DNA of 64,000 nucleotides from an uncultured Candidatus Saccharibacteria bacterium (GTDB lineage: Bacteria > Patescibacteriota > Saccharimonadia > Saccharimonadales > UBA7683). The DNA is taken from NCBI GenBank assembly GCA_964541305.1, contig CAZIPE010000001.1:12138-76137 (forward strand). The letters run 5' to 3'. Shown piece by piece: positions 27,373 through 37,523 of this stretch. Positions within the stretch are counted from its first letter, which is position 1; each line of letters opens with the position of its first letter. A program made the position numbers and the translations under genes. The notes beneath the pieces were generated by a model. That model was not told where the DNA came from and did not search any database. It worked only from the letters and a program-made list of their open reading frames with translations.

Positions 27373-28833
27373 TCAGTTAACACTTACAATCCAACGAACA
27401 TTTTGTTGTAAGTCGCCATTACTGAGTGAGCGTGTATTTTCGCCATACCCATATAAGTTATTCTTGTGTGGTTTTGCAATAATCTTTAGCCCAGGTTGAA
27501 TCTGAATGATGTCTTTTGAGGAATAAAAGGTTGTTTCACAAACCGGCTTCTTAACGGTCAGGAGTATTTCAATTTGTTTAGTTGCTCCAGACACCGCACA
27601 TACTCCGGGCTGCGCAAGCTCGTTTTTCACAAGCTTAAAATCAGTGTTGAATACCTGGTGAGTTGCTGTCTGGCGCGGCCACAGTATAAAATACGACTGA
27701 TAGTGCAAAAGCGTCGTTGTGAGCACAAGTAACACAAGTGGAACTAGAAGTGCGACTTTAGCGTATGGATTCTTTGGAAATGTCCGTTGCCATCTGTGAA
27801 TGAAATGACGAATACCTGCAGTCATGCACACAGCAGCGGGTACGATAAGCAGGCTTCCGCCTCGAGAACCAGAGTTTAGCCCACTAACAACGGCTAGCAC
27901 CAGGGCGTTTGTTAATATCACGAGGTTCAGTCTGTTTACCCGAGTCATCCACAGCATAACTAGACCGAACAACATGAATATAAATTCAAAATAGCGAACC
28001 AAAAATACCCCACTCGGTCCAAGTAGAGGGTTATTATCTGGCCAGAGTATCGCGACGCCACTTGAATTTATAACAAAGTTTTTTACATACTCTCCGACTG
28101 AAGGTATGTCTGTGATGCCAAGAATAGACTGTAAAAAAGTGATATCCCTAATTGAGAGTAAAATGACAAGTACCAGACCCATTAGAATGCTAAAAATAGA
28201 GAGTACTTTAATATAAGTTCCAGATTCAGTAACTCTTTTTCGGAACATCGCACATGCACACATACAAATAGAAGTAGTGATAACAGCGTATACTCCATAC
28301 GGCACGAATAGCAACATGGTTGCACCTACTGCATACATCAGGAGCCAGTTAGTCTTTTTTTCAATTAACTTCATGAGAGAAAAAAGTAACAGTACAAACC
28401 AGAAGCTAAATTCAATACCTCCTGTGCCGAGTCTCGCTATATATAAAAACCAATCTGCACACAGTAGTAATGTAATAGAGAGTAGTACGGTTACTTTCCC
28501 GAACCACTTTTTTAGAAGATTGTAGAGTAGTAGCGCAGTTGTTGCTGCGAGAATAATACTTGGCAAGCGAATGCTGATTGAGGTGACGCCCAGAACATGC
28601 AGACTTATCCACTGAAGTAATGAATGGAGAGGATACAGCGGAAGCTGAATAAGTGATTCAAGGGAACTATTTTTGGCAGCCGCTATCAGTTCTGGGTGGC
28701 TGAGACCGGGAATAATTGAACCAAGCCGCCAACACAAAAAATAGAATGCGAACACAAATATAAGAAGGTAGGCAAAAACGTAGCGATAGTTATATAAAAC
28801 TAGAGATTTAAGCGTGCGCTCTTTCACCTTCAT
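27373..28833 (-). CDS. Polytopic membrane glycosyltransferase (GT-C, family 39/ArnT-like)
   Basis: About 12 TM segments; YPLHSLL...SIRLPSIILA...LLYNLLKKWFG pattern typical of PMT_2. Confidence 0.65.
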   Translation of the reverse strand: MKVKERTLKSLVLYNYRYVFAYLLIFVFAFYFLCWRLGSIIPGLSHPELIAAAKNSSLESLIQLPLYPLHSLLQWISLHVLGVTSISIRLPSIILAATTALLLYNLLKKWFGKVTVLLSITLLLCADWFLYIARLGTGGIEFSFWFVLLLFSLMKLIEKKTNWLLMYAVGATMLLFVPYGVYAVITTSICMCACAMFRKRVTESGTYIKVLSIFSILMGLVLVILLSIRDITFLQSILGITDIPSVGEYVKNFVINSSGVAILWPDNNPLLGPSGVFLVRYFEFIFMLFGLVMLWMTRVNRLNLVILTNALVLAVVSGLNSGSRGGSLLIVPAAVCMTAGIRHFIHRWQRTFPKNPYAKVALLVPLVLLVLTTTLLHYQSYFILWPRQTATHQVFNTDFKLVKNELAQPGVCAVSGATKQIEILLTVKKPVCETTFYSSKDIIQIQPGLKIIAKPHKNNLYGYGENTRSLSNGDLQQNVRWIVSVN

Positions 28834-28862
28834 TATGGTATCCAGTATAGCACCTGAGACTG

Positions 28863-30215
28863 TTAATGTGAGGAATCAAGCGAGAGAAACTTGAGCTGCT
28901 CAGGGTGGAAGTAGAGCTCGATCTTACCAGTGGGGCCATTTCGATGTTTGGCAATAATAAGGTCGGTAATGTGTTGTCGGTCAGTTTCAGGGTTGTAGTA
29001 ATCTTCGCGGTAAATAAACATGACGATATCTGCATCTTGCTCAATAGATCCTGATTCACGAAGATCAGAAAGCTGAGGTATTTTATCAGGGCGCTGTTCA
29101 ACACTTCGTGAAAGCTGAGACAATGCCACAACCGGAACGTTCATTTCGCGGGCAATCAATTTGAGCCCACGACTTATTTCAGAAATCTCTTGTACGCGGT
29201 TAAAGTCATTTGCTTTGCCTGTTCCACTCATCAACTGCAGGTAATCTACCACGATTAAGCCAAGAGGGTGTTTGTTGGCCTCTCGGCGGGCCTTGGTGCG
29301 CATCTCCATAATGCTAATCCCCGGGGTGTCATCGATAAATATTGGTGATTCACTCAGGCTACCCATGGCGTGACCAAGTTTTTCAAAGTCATCATCATTA
29401 AGATCGCCGGTGCGTATCTTCCAGGCATCGACACCCGATTCTGCTGCCAACATCCTGTCGACTAATTGATCTTTGCTCATCTCGAGACTAAAAAATAGTA
29501 CTGCTTGTTTCTCTAGACCAGCAACGTTCTGAACGAGGTTACCTACTAGTGTTGTCTTACCCATGGCAGGTCGAGCGGCAAGTACAATAAGATCTGAGCG
29601 TTGAAGGCCGGAGGTCTTTTTATCGAGATCTTTCCAGCCGGTTCTAATGCCGCGGAGTGCGCCTTTGTTTTTGTGAAGTTCGTCTAATCTATCAAAGCCT
29701 TCAGCTAAAATCTGTTCAATTGAGACTAAGTCTTGCTTGAGAGTTCGCTGTGAAACGCTAAACAGTCGGGCTTCAGCTTGTTCTAGGATTTCTTGGACAC
29801 TCGTCGTGTTATCTGAAAAACTCATGCTAGTTATATCCTCAGAAGCCTTGATAAGTTTTCGACGTAACGCTTTTTCTGCAACTATGTCTGCATAATGCTC
29901 GCCATGTGCTGCGGTGGGAACGGCATTGGTAAGTTCAGTCAGGTAGCTCGCTCCGCCAACTTGTTCAAGATCACCTCTATCGTTCAGGGTGCTAGAAAGA
30001 GTCAGTAAATCAACTGGCTTATTTTGTTCATAGAGCCGTAAAATAGCGTCATAGATGATCCCGTGCCGCCTATCGTAAAAATCTTCATTACTTATTTTAT
30101 CGGCAATAGTGGTAATAACATCACCATCCAACAAAATTGAGCCGAGCAAGCTTACTTCCGCTTCAACGTTTTGCGGTGGGACCTTTCCTCCAGCGATATC
30201 AGGTGTTTCGGGCAT
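28863..30215 (-). CDS. dnaB: Replicative DNA helicase
   Basis: PPQNVEAE, AARPAMGKT, FSLEM, VDYLQLM, DLRESGSIEQDAD, KHRNGPTG. Confidence 0.98.
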   Translation of the reverse strand: MPETPDIAGGKVPPQNVEAEVSLLGSILLDGDVITTIADKISNEDFYDRRHGIIYDAILRLYEQNKPVDLLTLSSTLNDRGDLEQVGGASYLTELTNAVPTAAHGEHYADIVAEKALRRKLIKASEDITSMSFSDNTTSVQEILEQAEARLFSVSQRTLKQDLVSIEQILAEGFDRLDELHKNKGALRGIRTGWKDLDKKTSGLQRSDLIVLAARPAMGKTTLVGNLVQNVAGLEKQAVLFFSLEMSKDQLVDRMLAAESGVDAWKIRTGDLNDDDFEKLGHAMGSLSESPIFIDDTPGISIMEMRTKARREANKHPLGLIVVDYLQLMSGTGKANDFNRVQEISEISRGLKLIAREMNVPVVALSQLSRSVEQRPDKIPQLSDLRESGSIEQDADIVMFIYREDYYNPETDRQHITDLIIAKHRNGPTGKIELYFHPEQLKFLSLDSSH

Positions 30216-31722
30216 CTACAATTTCTCCTCCGCCCATCATATCTTGAATATTGGTAATAAGTGAAGCATGAGCACTATCGGGTTCTGGTGTGTGTGCGGC
30301 CAGAGTATCATCTTTTCGTTTTAAAGTTGAGTCTACTCGAGTGACAATATTCGGTTGCGAACCAATTTGGTTTGAAATGATTTCTGAAATAAGCTGTTTA
30401 TTCTTGGCTTCATCAGCTCGCTTCTGGTGAAAAGGAAACTGGAATGAAAGAATGCAGGTGTCACCCTCAATATGTGGGTGTGCGAGTCGCATAACGGTGT
30501 ACAGAGAGCTATTACGTTCCTTTACTTCGCTAAGTATATCGCGCCAATCATCTTCAATTGAGCCTACCGGATCGCTCACTTTTTTTGGTGCTTGAACCAT
30601 CTCTGTTTTTTCACGAGCTTCATCATCATTTAATTCTGGTGACTTAGACTCGATCACTTCTTTGGATGGCTCAACTGTTTTGACTGGTGGCTTTGGGGTT
30701 GGAGCAGCTAGCCCCTCCCTCACGGGCACTGAAGACTCGACAAGCCCACCTGTCTCAGGTTTATGGGCCAGACAATAATCTATAACTGCGATGTCAAGGC
30801 TTAATCCTGGCTGAGGACTTGCGTTTACAGAAAGCAAGCTGCGCATTAGACTAAGCGTAGAGTCATCGTTCACCTCACTTCTCAGGAGCGCAATAAGTTG
30901 ATCAGCAATACGTGCCGGCGATACTCCGTTTTCCTGTAAGGTGTGGGCTTTCTGGAGACTCTGGCTTGTATTACCTTCACGGGCACTGCTGAGCATTTCA
31001 GCAAGTTCATCTCGAGGTGCCAAGCCAAGCAAATCTTCAATTACCGCCTTAGAAACAGGTTGGGGTAGATGACTGATTTGGTCAAGTAAACTAATGCTAT
31101 CCCTAAAACTTCCTTCACCGTGCTCAGCGAGCAGAGTAAGCGCATCGTCATCAACTTTTATGCCCTCGCTTTTGGCAATTGCTTTTAAATGTGCAGTTAC
31201 TTGAGGTGTGGGAACGGCACGGAAGGTGTGACGTTGCGTACGACTGACGATAGTAGCAGGTAATTTGTGTACTTCAGTGGTCGCAAGTATAAATATCACA
31301 TGCGCAGGCGGCTCTTCGAGTGTCTTAAGTAGTGCATTGAAGCTCTCTGAAGTTAACATGTGTACCTCATCGATTATGTAAACTTTGTACGTAGCATTCA
31401 CAGGAGCGAGATTAACTTTTTCACGCAAATCTCGGATGTCATCAATCCGTCTATTGCTCGCAGCATCTATTTCTATAATATCGAGATGGGCTGAATCGTC
31501 GGTGTAAGCAATATTGTTTATTTCATGAGCCAGTATTCGCGCAATAGACGTCTTGCCCACCCCTCGAGGCCCCGTGAATAAATAGGCGTGGCTGAGCGTG
31601 TTATTCTTTATAGCATTCTTAAGACTTGTTGTGATGTGTTCCTGCCCGATAATCTCATCAAGAGATTTTGAGCGGTACTTACGATACAACGCACGATGCG
31701 CCTCTTTTTTCTTTTCTCCCAT
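30199..31722 (-). CDS. dnaX: DNA polymerase III subunit gamma/tau
   Basis: ALYRKYR, GPRGVGKTS, EIDAASN, IIDEVHML, NALLKTLEEPP. Confidence 0.97.
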   Translation of the reverse strand: MGEKKKEAHRALYRKYRSKSLDEIIGQEHITTSLKNAIKNNTLSHAYLFTGPRGVGKTSIARILAHEINNIAYTDDSAHLDIIEIDAASNRRIDDIRDLREKVNLAPVNATYKVYIIDEVHMLTSESFNALLKTLEEPPAHVIFILATTEVHKLPATIVSRTQRHTFRAVPTPQVTAHLKAIAKSEGIKVDDDALTLLAEHGEGSFRDSISLLDQISHLPQPVSKAVIEDLLGLAPRDELAEMLSSAREGNTSQSLQKAHTLQENGVSPARIADQLIALLRSEVNDDSTLSLMRSLLSVNASPQPGLSLDIAVIDYCLAHKPETGGLVESSVPVREGLAAPTPKPPVKTVEPSKEVIESKSPELNDDEAREKTEMVQAPKKVSDPVGSIEDDWRDILSEVKERNSSLYTVMRLAHPHIEGDTCILSFQFPFHQKRADEAKNKQLISEIISNQIGSQPNIVTRVDSTLKRKDDTLAAHTPEPDSAHASLITNIQDMMGGGEIVDARNT

Positions 31723-31820
31723 AGTACTACTAGTATATCAGCAAGGGCATATTTTAAAGCGTTGATCGACTAGCTTGCTGTAAAAACCACACATATGCGA
31801 TATCAGAACCACCGGCTCTA

Positions 31821-32330
31821 CTACAGTGCTGCTTCGAGGGCGGCCCACTCGACGTCTTCATCGTCTTCAGGAATGACAACGCTTACCTGGTCGCCAACGT
31901 GACCCTTAAAGTACGTGACGCTAGCAAGAAGTACGCGGTACTCTTTTCCGGCTACATCAACAAAGTATCCGCCTTCGCGTTGAATGAGCGTGCCGATGAC
32001 TTGTTTTCGCGGTACAGGTCCTATTTGTTTGTAAATGAATGAACCGTCATCAGCTATGCTTAATTTTAAGATATCGCCCTGAATAAGCTTCGATTTGCTG
32101 GCGTAATTTGCTGGCACAGGATATGTTTTACCATCTGGACCAAGCATATTTTGACCATCAAAGACACCTTCTATAACCTTTCCTGCTACTTCTTCTCGTT
32201 GCGCTGTAGAAACACTAGTATCCTCGCCTACAAGGCTAGTTAATAGCTCTTTAGCGGCGGCAAGACTTGTTTCAGCCTCAGTTAACAACGCCTTCAGGCG
32301 TTTTACTTGTTTCTCCGGTAGTTCTGACAT
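31821..32330 (-). CDS. Conserved hypothetical protein (N-terminal coiled coil, beta-rich C-terminus)
   Basis: 169-aa ORF with IEGVFDGQNM..PDGKTYPVPANYASKSKL, a motif I recall from CPR genomes; function unknown. Confidence 0.7.
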   Translation of the reverse strand: MSELPEKQVKRLKALLTEAETSLAAAKELLTSLVGEDTSVSTAQREEVAGKVIEGVFDGQNMLGPDGKTYPVPANYASKSKLIQGDILKLSIADDGSFIYKQIGPVPRKQVIGTLIQREGGYFVDVAGKEYRVLLASVTYFKGHVGDQVSVVIPEDDEDVEWAALEAAL

Positions 32331-32509
32331 TTGATAAACCCTTACTTTTTATTTAACTCGCAAGTATCTTGCTCACATTAGCATGTAAGCGTATACGTGT
32401 CAATAATTATGTACAGACTTTTCCACAGTTATATATTCCAGAGTTGTAAATAGTCGTACGAGGGACAACAAATTTCAGGCATTACAATGTATAATTATAC
32501 AAATACTTC

Positions 32510-34243
32510 ATGTTAAAAAAACTATCATTTACTATACCTATTGTTGAAACGTTAAAGAGTTATCAGCGCTCATGGCTCAGGTTCGATTTACTCGCTGGTG
32601 TAACGGTTGCGGCGGTTGCTATTCCGCAGTCTATGGCATACGCACAACTTGCAGGGGCACCGATTGCTATGGGATTATATGCCGCGTTTGCCGCAATGAT
32701 TTTGTATGCACTTTTCTCCACCACCAAACACGTCATAGTTGGGCCTGATGCTGCCATGGCGGCTCTTACAGGAGCTACGTTGATACCTCTCGCAAGTGGA
32801 GGATCGGGGCAATACCTTGCGCTTGTAGCGTTGATGAGTATTTTAGTCGGTATCGCAAGCCTTATCGCGGTTGCCGCAAAGCTAAATTTTTTAAGTGAAT
32901 TTATATCCCGCCCCATACTACTCGGCTATATGGCTGGCTTGGCTTTGGCGGTGATTGCTTCGCAGGCACCAAAATTGTTCGGTATTCCGGTGCTACCTAA
33001 GAGTAACTTCTTTAGTAGCATACTTCATATTATTACTAGCCTTGGTGGCGCTCATGTTCAGACAGTACTGTTTAGTATTGCATTGGGTGTATCAGCATAT
33101 CTGTTATTTCGTTACTTTCCCAAATTACCAGCTAGCATACTAATTTTAATAACTAGTATTGTTCTCTCGTATCTATTTGATTTTCAAAGTAACGGTATTG
33201 CCATTGTGGGCGCTATTCCGTCTGGCTTACCCATCCCAAGTATTCCTCAGGTGAGTTGGTTCGATGTCCAAAACTTATTTGTGCCGGCGTTTGCTATTAT
33301 GATGGTCAGTTACGCGAACACAATTACTACGGCACGTTCGTTTGCCGCTAAGAAGAACGATCAGATTGATTCCTCTCAAGAGCTTACCGCACTAGGCATC
33401 GCTAGTATAGGCTCAGGATTGAGTGGTGGAATTCCAGTTGCCGCCAGTGGCGCTCGCACCGCGCTTAACGAGCAGAATAAAGCTGTCAGTCAGGTTTCTC
33501 AGCTTATTGCAGCACTGTTTATTGCACTAGCGCTGTTGTTTTTTACGCCTGTGCTCAAGTACCTTCCTCAGCCTGCGCTCGCAGTTATTATAATAATGGC
33601 AGTACTGACGTTATTTAACATCACAGAACTTCGTTCAATATGGCACGCCTGGCAACCTGAGGCAGTACTGGCAATTATTACCGTGCTTGGTGTAACGTTC
33701 CTCGGTATATTCCAGGGTTTACTGGTAGCAATACTTCTGGCTATTGTGAATCTCATACGCACTAGCGCTTTTCCTACTGATGCAGTACTTGGGGTCGCGG
33801 AAGATGGGTCAATTAGAGATAAAAAACGTCCACCAAAGACAGAGCCTGTCCCCGGTATAATTATGTATCGTTTTGACGCACCACTATATTTTGGCAATGC
33901 TAACTTCTTTCGACAACGGGTAATCGAGTTACTTGATGAAAATCCTGCAGCTCGCTGGTTTCTGTGGGACGCAGAAACCATTACGTCACTTGACTCAACT
34001 GGCGCCCAAATGCTTCTTGGACTTATGCAAGAACTTAAGGCACGAAAAATTACATTTTGTATTGCCCGCATGAAAGGTCCGATTCGCTCGACAATTAACA
34101 AAACAAATCGTCTTTCAAATGCCTTTAAGTCTGTCCCGCATTATCCAAGTATGGGGAAGGCACTCACTGCGTTTGAGGAGGAGTCTGGACGCAATACACG
34201 GGTAGCGAAACTTGTTAAAAAATCTAAAATACTTAGGAAATAG
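32510..34243 (+). CDS. SulP family anion transporter with STAS domain
   Basis: DLLAGVTVAAVAIPQSMAYAQLAG, VIVGPDA, YRFDAPLYFGNA, LDSTG. Confidence 0.95.
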   Translation: MLKKLSFTIPIVETLKSYQRSWLRFDLLAGVTVAAVAIPQSMAYAQLAGAPIAMGLYAAFAAMILYALFSTTKHVIVGPDAAMAALTGATLIPLASGGSGQYLALVALMSILVGIASLIAVAAKLNFLSEFISRPILLGYMAGLALAVIASQAPKLFGIPVLPKSNFFSSILHIITSLGGAHVQTVLFSIALGVSAYLLFRYFPKLPASILILITSIVLSYLFDFQSNGIAIVGAIPSGLPIPSIPQVSWFDVQNLFVPAFAIMMVSYANTITTARSFAAKKNDQIDSSQELTALGIASIGSGLSGGIPVAASGARTALNEQNKAVSQVSQLIAALFIALALLFFTPVLKYLPQPALAVIIIMAVLTLFNITELRSIWHAWQPEAVLAIITVLGVTFLGIFQGLLVAILLAIVNLIRTSAFPTDAVLGVAEDGSIRDKKRPPKTEPVPGIIMYRFDAPLYFGNANFFRQRVIELLDENPAARWFLWDAETITSLDSTGAQMLLGLMQELKARKITFCIARMKGPIRSTINKTNRLSNAFKSVPHYPSMGKALTAFEEESGRNTRVAKLVKKSKILRK

Positions 34244-34291
34244 TATTCAACGTAAAATCCGTCGTATTGCACTAAATGGTATAATGTAGGT

Positions 34292-34558
34292 ATGGATAGA
34301 GTAATAATTGATGTTAGGGAGCCTGAGGAGTACTCCGTTGATCATGTTGAGGGCGCAATAAACATCCCTCCTAGCGAAATTATGGCTGGTTCACGTAAGT
34401 TGGATGGTCTACCCAAGGATACGGAGCTCATTTTATATTGTGTTTCAGGTAGTCGTTCGAATGTCTCAGCTAACATTTTAAGATCCCAGGGATTTACAAA
34501 TATTGTAAACGGCATCAACAAGCAACAGGTTAAAGCTAAGTACGCCAGTATCAAGTAG
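34292..34558 (+). CDS. Single-domain rhodanese
   Basis: IIDVREPEEY..HVEGAINIP, YCVSGSRS active-site loop. Confidence 0.92.
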   Translation: MDRVIIDVREPEEYSVDHVEGAINIPPSEIMAGSRKLDGLPKDTELILYCVSGSRSNVSANILRSQGFTNIVNGINKQQVKAKYASIK

Positions 34559-34582
34559 TGTCTCCCTCTTTAATTTGCCGAT

Positions 34583-35101
34583 TTGAGAGAGTATCTTAGT
34601 AATATGACGGACGTACACGAACTGGTTGACAGAAGTGACTTTAGTGCATATCTGCCACTGGGCGAAGTTGAAAGCCGTGGCCTAGGAGTCTTGTACATAG
34701 CAGATAGTCTGCAGATTGATGAATTGGCAGTGTATATAGGAGACGGTATATTCAAAGGCATCTCGCCAGAAATTCGACCACAAGCGTTAACGCTAAGATT
34801 AAGGATTGATAATCACAAAGATTCGAACAAAGGAGATGCTCTTCGACCGTACCTTTATGTCAATAAAATTGATACTTCGATTCTCGAACAACCAGCAGTC
34901 CTTATGGCGACGCTACTGCCACAATTAACTGCACATTACCAAACATTAGTTAGTGAAAATACAAATGTAACGCAAAGAATGACGAATAGTGAACTGCAGG
35001 ACAGACTGAATCTTTATAAACGGACACTTAGGGCGCTTGAGGCCAGGGAAAAAACAATCGATCCAATTGATGGGTTAATAAATATGTTAGACACGGCTTG
35101 A
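34583..35101 (+). CDS. Hypothetical protein
   Basis: 172-aa ORF filling the gap; no motif recognised. Confidence 0.5.
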   Translation: MREYLSNMTDVHELVDRSDFSAYLPLGEVESRGLGVLYIADSLQIDELAVYIGDGIFKGISPEIRPQALTLRLRIDNHKDSNKGDALRPYLYVNKIDTSILEQPAVLMATLLPQLTAHYQTLVSENTNVTQRMTNSELQDRLNLYKRTLRALEAREKTIDPIDGLINMLDTA

Positions 35102-35368
35102 AAGCAAGAATATCATAACAATGAGCCCAACTGTTCGTCGTGCGTACGTAATGCCAGAAAATATCTCAAGCCAAGCCCAGGTAAAAAAAGCTCCGAAACC
35201 AACAAGTTGCAAGAGTAGCTGTAGCTGAAGGCTGCTTTCTGGTATCACGCGTTGAGCAAGAAGGCACACCACACCTGTTATTAAAGGTGTATTTGGAAAT
35301 TGCCACCAGATGACTTTATCATTTTTATCTTTATAGCAGCGGTCAATAATAGACTGTTTTTTGCTCAT
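35087..35368 (-). CDS. Small membrane protein
   Basis: About 3 TM; WQFPNTPL and WAWLEIFSG..YARR..G motifs; TAAAAT 6 nt before ATG. Confidence 0.65.
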   Translation of the reverse strand: MSKKQSIIDRCYKDKNDKVIWWQFPNTPLITGVVCLLAQRVIPESSLQLQLLLQLVGFGAFFTWAWLEIFSGITYARRTVGLIVMIFLLSSRV

Positions 35369-35459
35369 ATGCTTATTTTACCGAATTACCACCAAAAAGT
35401 CATTGACATAAGCAATTTCCAGGACTATAACAGTATCAATACTAAACGAAAGGATATAT

Positions 35460-35648
35460 ATGTGTTCAGAGTTTGGAGTGCCCGTTAATCGGAATGAGTT
35501 AAGTTGCCATAGTAGGTGTTCGTATACAGATATAGGAGGTGGGGTGCTCGCTGTAGAGTGCTCAATGGAGCCAGGTCAGGTTGCGGTTATGATCCCTACT
35601 GGAGACAATGATACCTTTGTCAGACAGCAACAGTTAAATCCGTCCTAG
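35460..35648 (+). CDS. Small Cys-containing hypothetical protein
   Basis: TTGACA(35403)-17 bp-TATAAC promoter, AAGGA SD, terminator downstream. Confidence 0.5.
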   Translation: MCSEFGVPVNRNELSCHSRCSYTDIGGGVLAVECSMEPGQVAVMIPTGDNDTFVRQQQLNPS

Positions 35649-35662
35649 TCTAGATGAAACAT

Positions 35663-35694
35663 AAAAAAGACTGCCCTAATGAGCAGTCTTTTTT
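35663..35694. terminator. Bidirectional intrinsic terminator downstream of rplL
   Basis: AAAAAA-GACTGC...GCAGTC-TTTTTT. Confidence 0.85.
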
Positions 35695-35715
35695 AGTTGT
35701 AAGAACTAAACGAGA

Positions 35716-36093
35716 CTAGGCTAGTTCAACGGTTGCGCCAGCTTCTTCAAGTGACTTCTTTGCAGCTTCGGCTTCTTCTTTGTTAGCCTTTTCTTTTACT
35801 GCTTTTGGAGCACCATCAACAATAGCTTTTGCTTCACCAAGACCAAGACCAGTGATTTCTTTTACTGCTTTGATCACGGCTACTTTTTGAGCACCAGCAT
35901 CCTTAAGAATTACGTCAAATTCGCTCTTCTCGTCTGCTGCTGCACCGCCACCGTCACCTGCTGGTGCGGCAACTGCTGCAACTGCTGCTGCAGGCTCAAT
36001 GCCATATTCATCTTTTAGAATTGTTTTCAGTTCGTTTACTTCTAATACAGTCAAGCCTGTAAGCTGTTCTGCAATCTTCTTTAAATCAGCCAT
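35716..36093 (-). CDS. rplL: 50S ribosomal protein L7/L12
   Basis: [33 protein letters not shown]. Confidence 0.98.
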   Translation of the reverse strand: MADLKKIAEQLTGLTVLEVNELKTILKDEYGIEPAAAVAAVAAPAGDGGGAAADEKSEFDVILKDAGAQKVAVIKAVKEITGLGLGEAKAIVDGAPKAVKEKANKEEAEAAKKSLEEAGATVELA

Positions 36094-36121
36094 GTGATTT
36101 CCTTTCGGTTTATTACGTTAT

Positions 36122-36646
36122 CTAACTTGTAGCTTTAGCCTCAACACCATCGAGGAGTGCGTGTAGGTTGCCAGAAAGGCCACTTACCACATCGTTTAGT
36201 GGTGATGAGAGCGTTGCCATTACTTGAGCGATAAGCTCGTTCTTGCTCGGAAGTATCGCAAATGCATTTACATCTTCGCTACCAAGAACTACTCCATCTG
36301 CTTGCAAACCTGCTACCAAATGTATATCTGGGTTTGTTTTGGCAAACTTTGCTAGTACTTGTGCTGGCGCCACTTCATCTTCTGGATTGAAAGCATACAG
36401 GAGCTGCTCAGCATACTGAGATAAATCAGCATCTTTAAGGCTCTCAATACGAGAAACTGCAAGACGAAATAGACGGTTTTTTACTACCTTTATCTCTGTG
36501 CCGTTTTCTCGTGCCAGGCGACGAAGTGTTTGCATATCTTTCACACTCAAACCCTTGTACTGTGCGAGTAGAGTGAATTTTGAGGTTGAAAGTAGCTCCA
36601 CTACTTCCGCAACAACAGATTCTTTTTGTTCACGACTTAGTGCCAT
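36122..36646 (-). CDS. rplJ: 50S ribosomal protein L10
   Basis: YKGLSV, VVKNRLF, LPSKNELIAQ; upstream of rplL. Confidence 0.96.
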   Translation of the reverse strand: MALSREQKESVVAEVVELLSTSKFTLLAQYKGLSVKDMQTLRRLARENGTEIKVVKNRLFRLAVSRIESLKDADLSQYAEQLLYAFNPEDEVAPAQVLAKFAKTNPDIHLVAGLQADGVVLGSEDVNAFAILPSKNELIAQVMATLSSPLNDVVSGLSGNLHALLDGVEAKATS

Positions 36647-36699
36647 AAACTTCCTCTCTTATTACGTTTATTTCGACCAGTTATGTTAATGAACAGACT

Positions 36700-36812
36700 A
36701 AAAAAGTCTTTGGTTATCGCATTGCCAAAGACTTAGGGACAAAAACAAAGTGTTTGTTTCACGCCTCGGTAAGTCTTATTGATTGTGTACAATCTGCTTA
36801 CTGTCTTTGGTA
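36700..36812 (-). promoter_or_regulatory. L10 leader (autoregulatory 5' UTR) with attenuator terminator
   Basis: Minus strand CCAAAGACAGUAAG...CUUACCGAGG matches the L10-leader pattern. Terminator AAGUCUUUGG...CCAAAGACUUUUUU; the 5' CCAAAGAC can pair with its GUCUUUGG arm. Confidence 0.75.
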
Positions 36813-36894
36813 ATGATCTGTAATATCTTACAGTAGTTGAACAGATTGGTCAATACATTGACATTAATAGATAAAACGTGCTATAATATAATTA

Positions 36895-37515
36895 ATGAGA
36901 ACTGTCATGGAAAAAACACTTGCACGCGGTGGTGATGCATTACGATTTGCGCGTAAGACTATTGGTCATTCTGCGCTCAAATTTGCTGAAATAGTTGATC
37001 CTGCCATAAAATTCGAAAACGAAACAGATGCGCTATCAGGTTTATTGACGTTCGATGCTTTTAAATGTTATTACGAGGCAAATGTTAATAATAATCGCCG
37101 AGCTCGTCTTGAGGGTGCCAAAGATTATTTATTGCTAGCAGATCTCGATAACTTCGGACAGTTCAATAAAACAAGAGGTCATCTTTATGGCGACTCAGTA
37201 ATAGCAGATATTGGTAGTCGTATTAAAGTATTCAAAAGAATTGAAGACCTTGCATGCAGACGTGGGGGCGACGAATTTATGGTACTTTTTCATGATGCAC
37301 TTGCACTCGATCCAATTGTTCAGAATCTCCGACACTTGAACGAACAGATATATGCAGATTACCAACAGCTCACAAGTGTAAGTATGGGCATGGTTGAGGT
37401 GAGGCGTGGAGACGATTTTAGCTTAGTGCACAAGTTAGCGGATGCAGCTCTGAGCGATGTCAAGCTTAATGGCCGTAATGATATCCGTGTTTATGAAAGA
37501 TTCGACACCGCCTAA
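36895..37515 (+). CDS. Diguanylate cyclase (stand-alone GGDEF domain)
   Basis: DALSGL, DLDNF..FN...GHLYGD, RGGDEF, RxxD I-site (RIED). Confidence 0.9.
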   Translation: MRTVMEKTLARGGDALRFARKTIGHSALKFAEIVDPAIKFENETDALSGLLTFDAFKCYYEANVNNNRRARLEGAKDYLLLADLDNFGQFNKTRGHLYGDSVIADIGSRIKVFKRIEDLACRRGGDEFMVLFHDALALDPIVQNLRHLNEQIYADYQQLTSVSMGMVEVRRGDDFSLVHKLADAALSDVKLNGRNDIRVYERFDTA

Positions 37516-37523
37516 CGGTGTGA

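Noticed and set aside
28808-29131. 107-aa ORF bridging dnaB and the glycosyltransferase
   Set aside because: Out-of-frame overlap with the conserved dnaB C-terminus; no coding signal.
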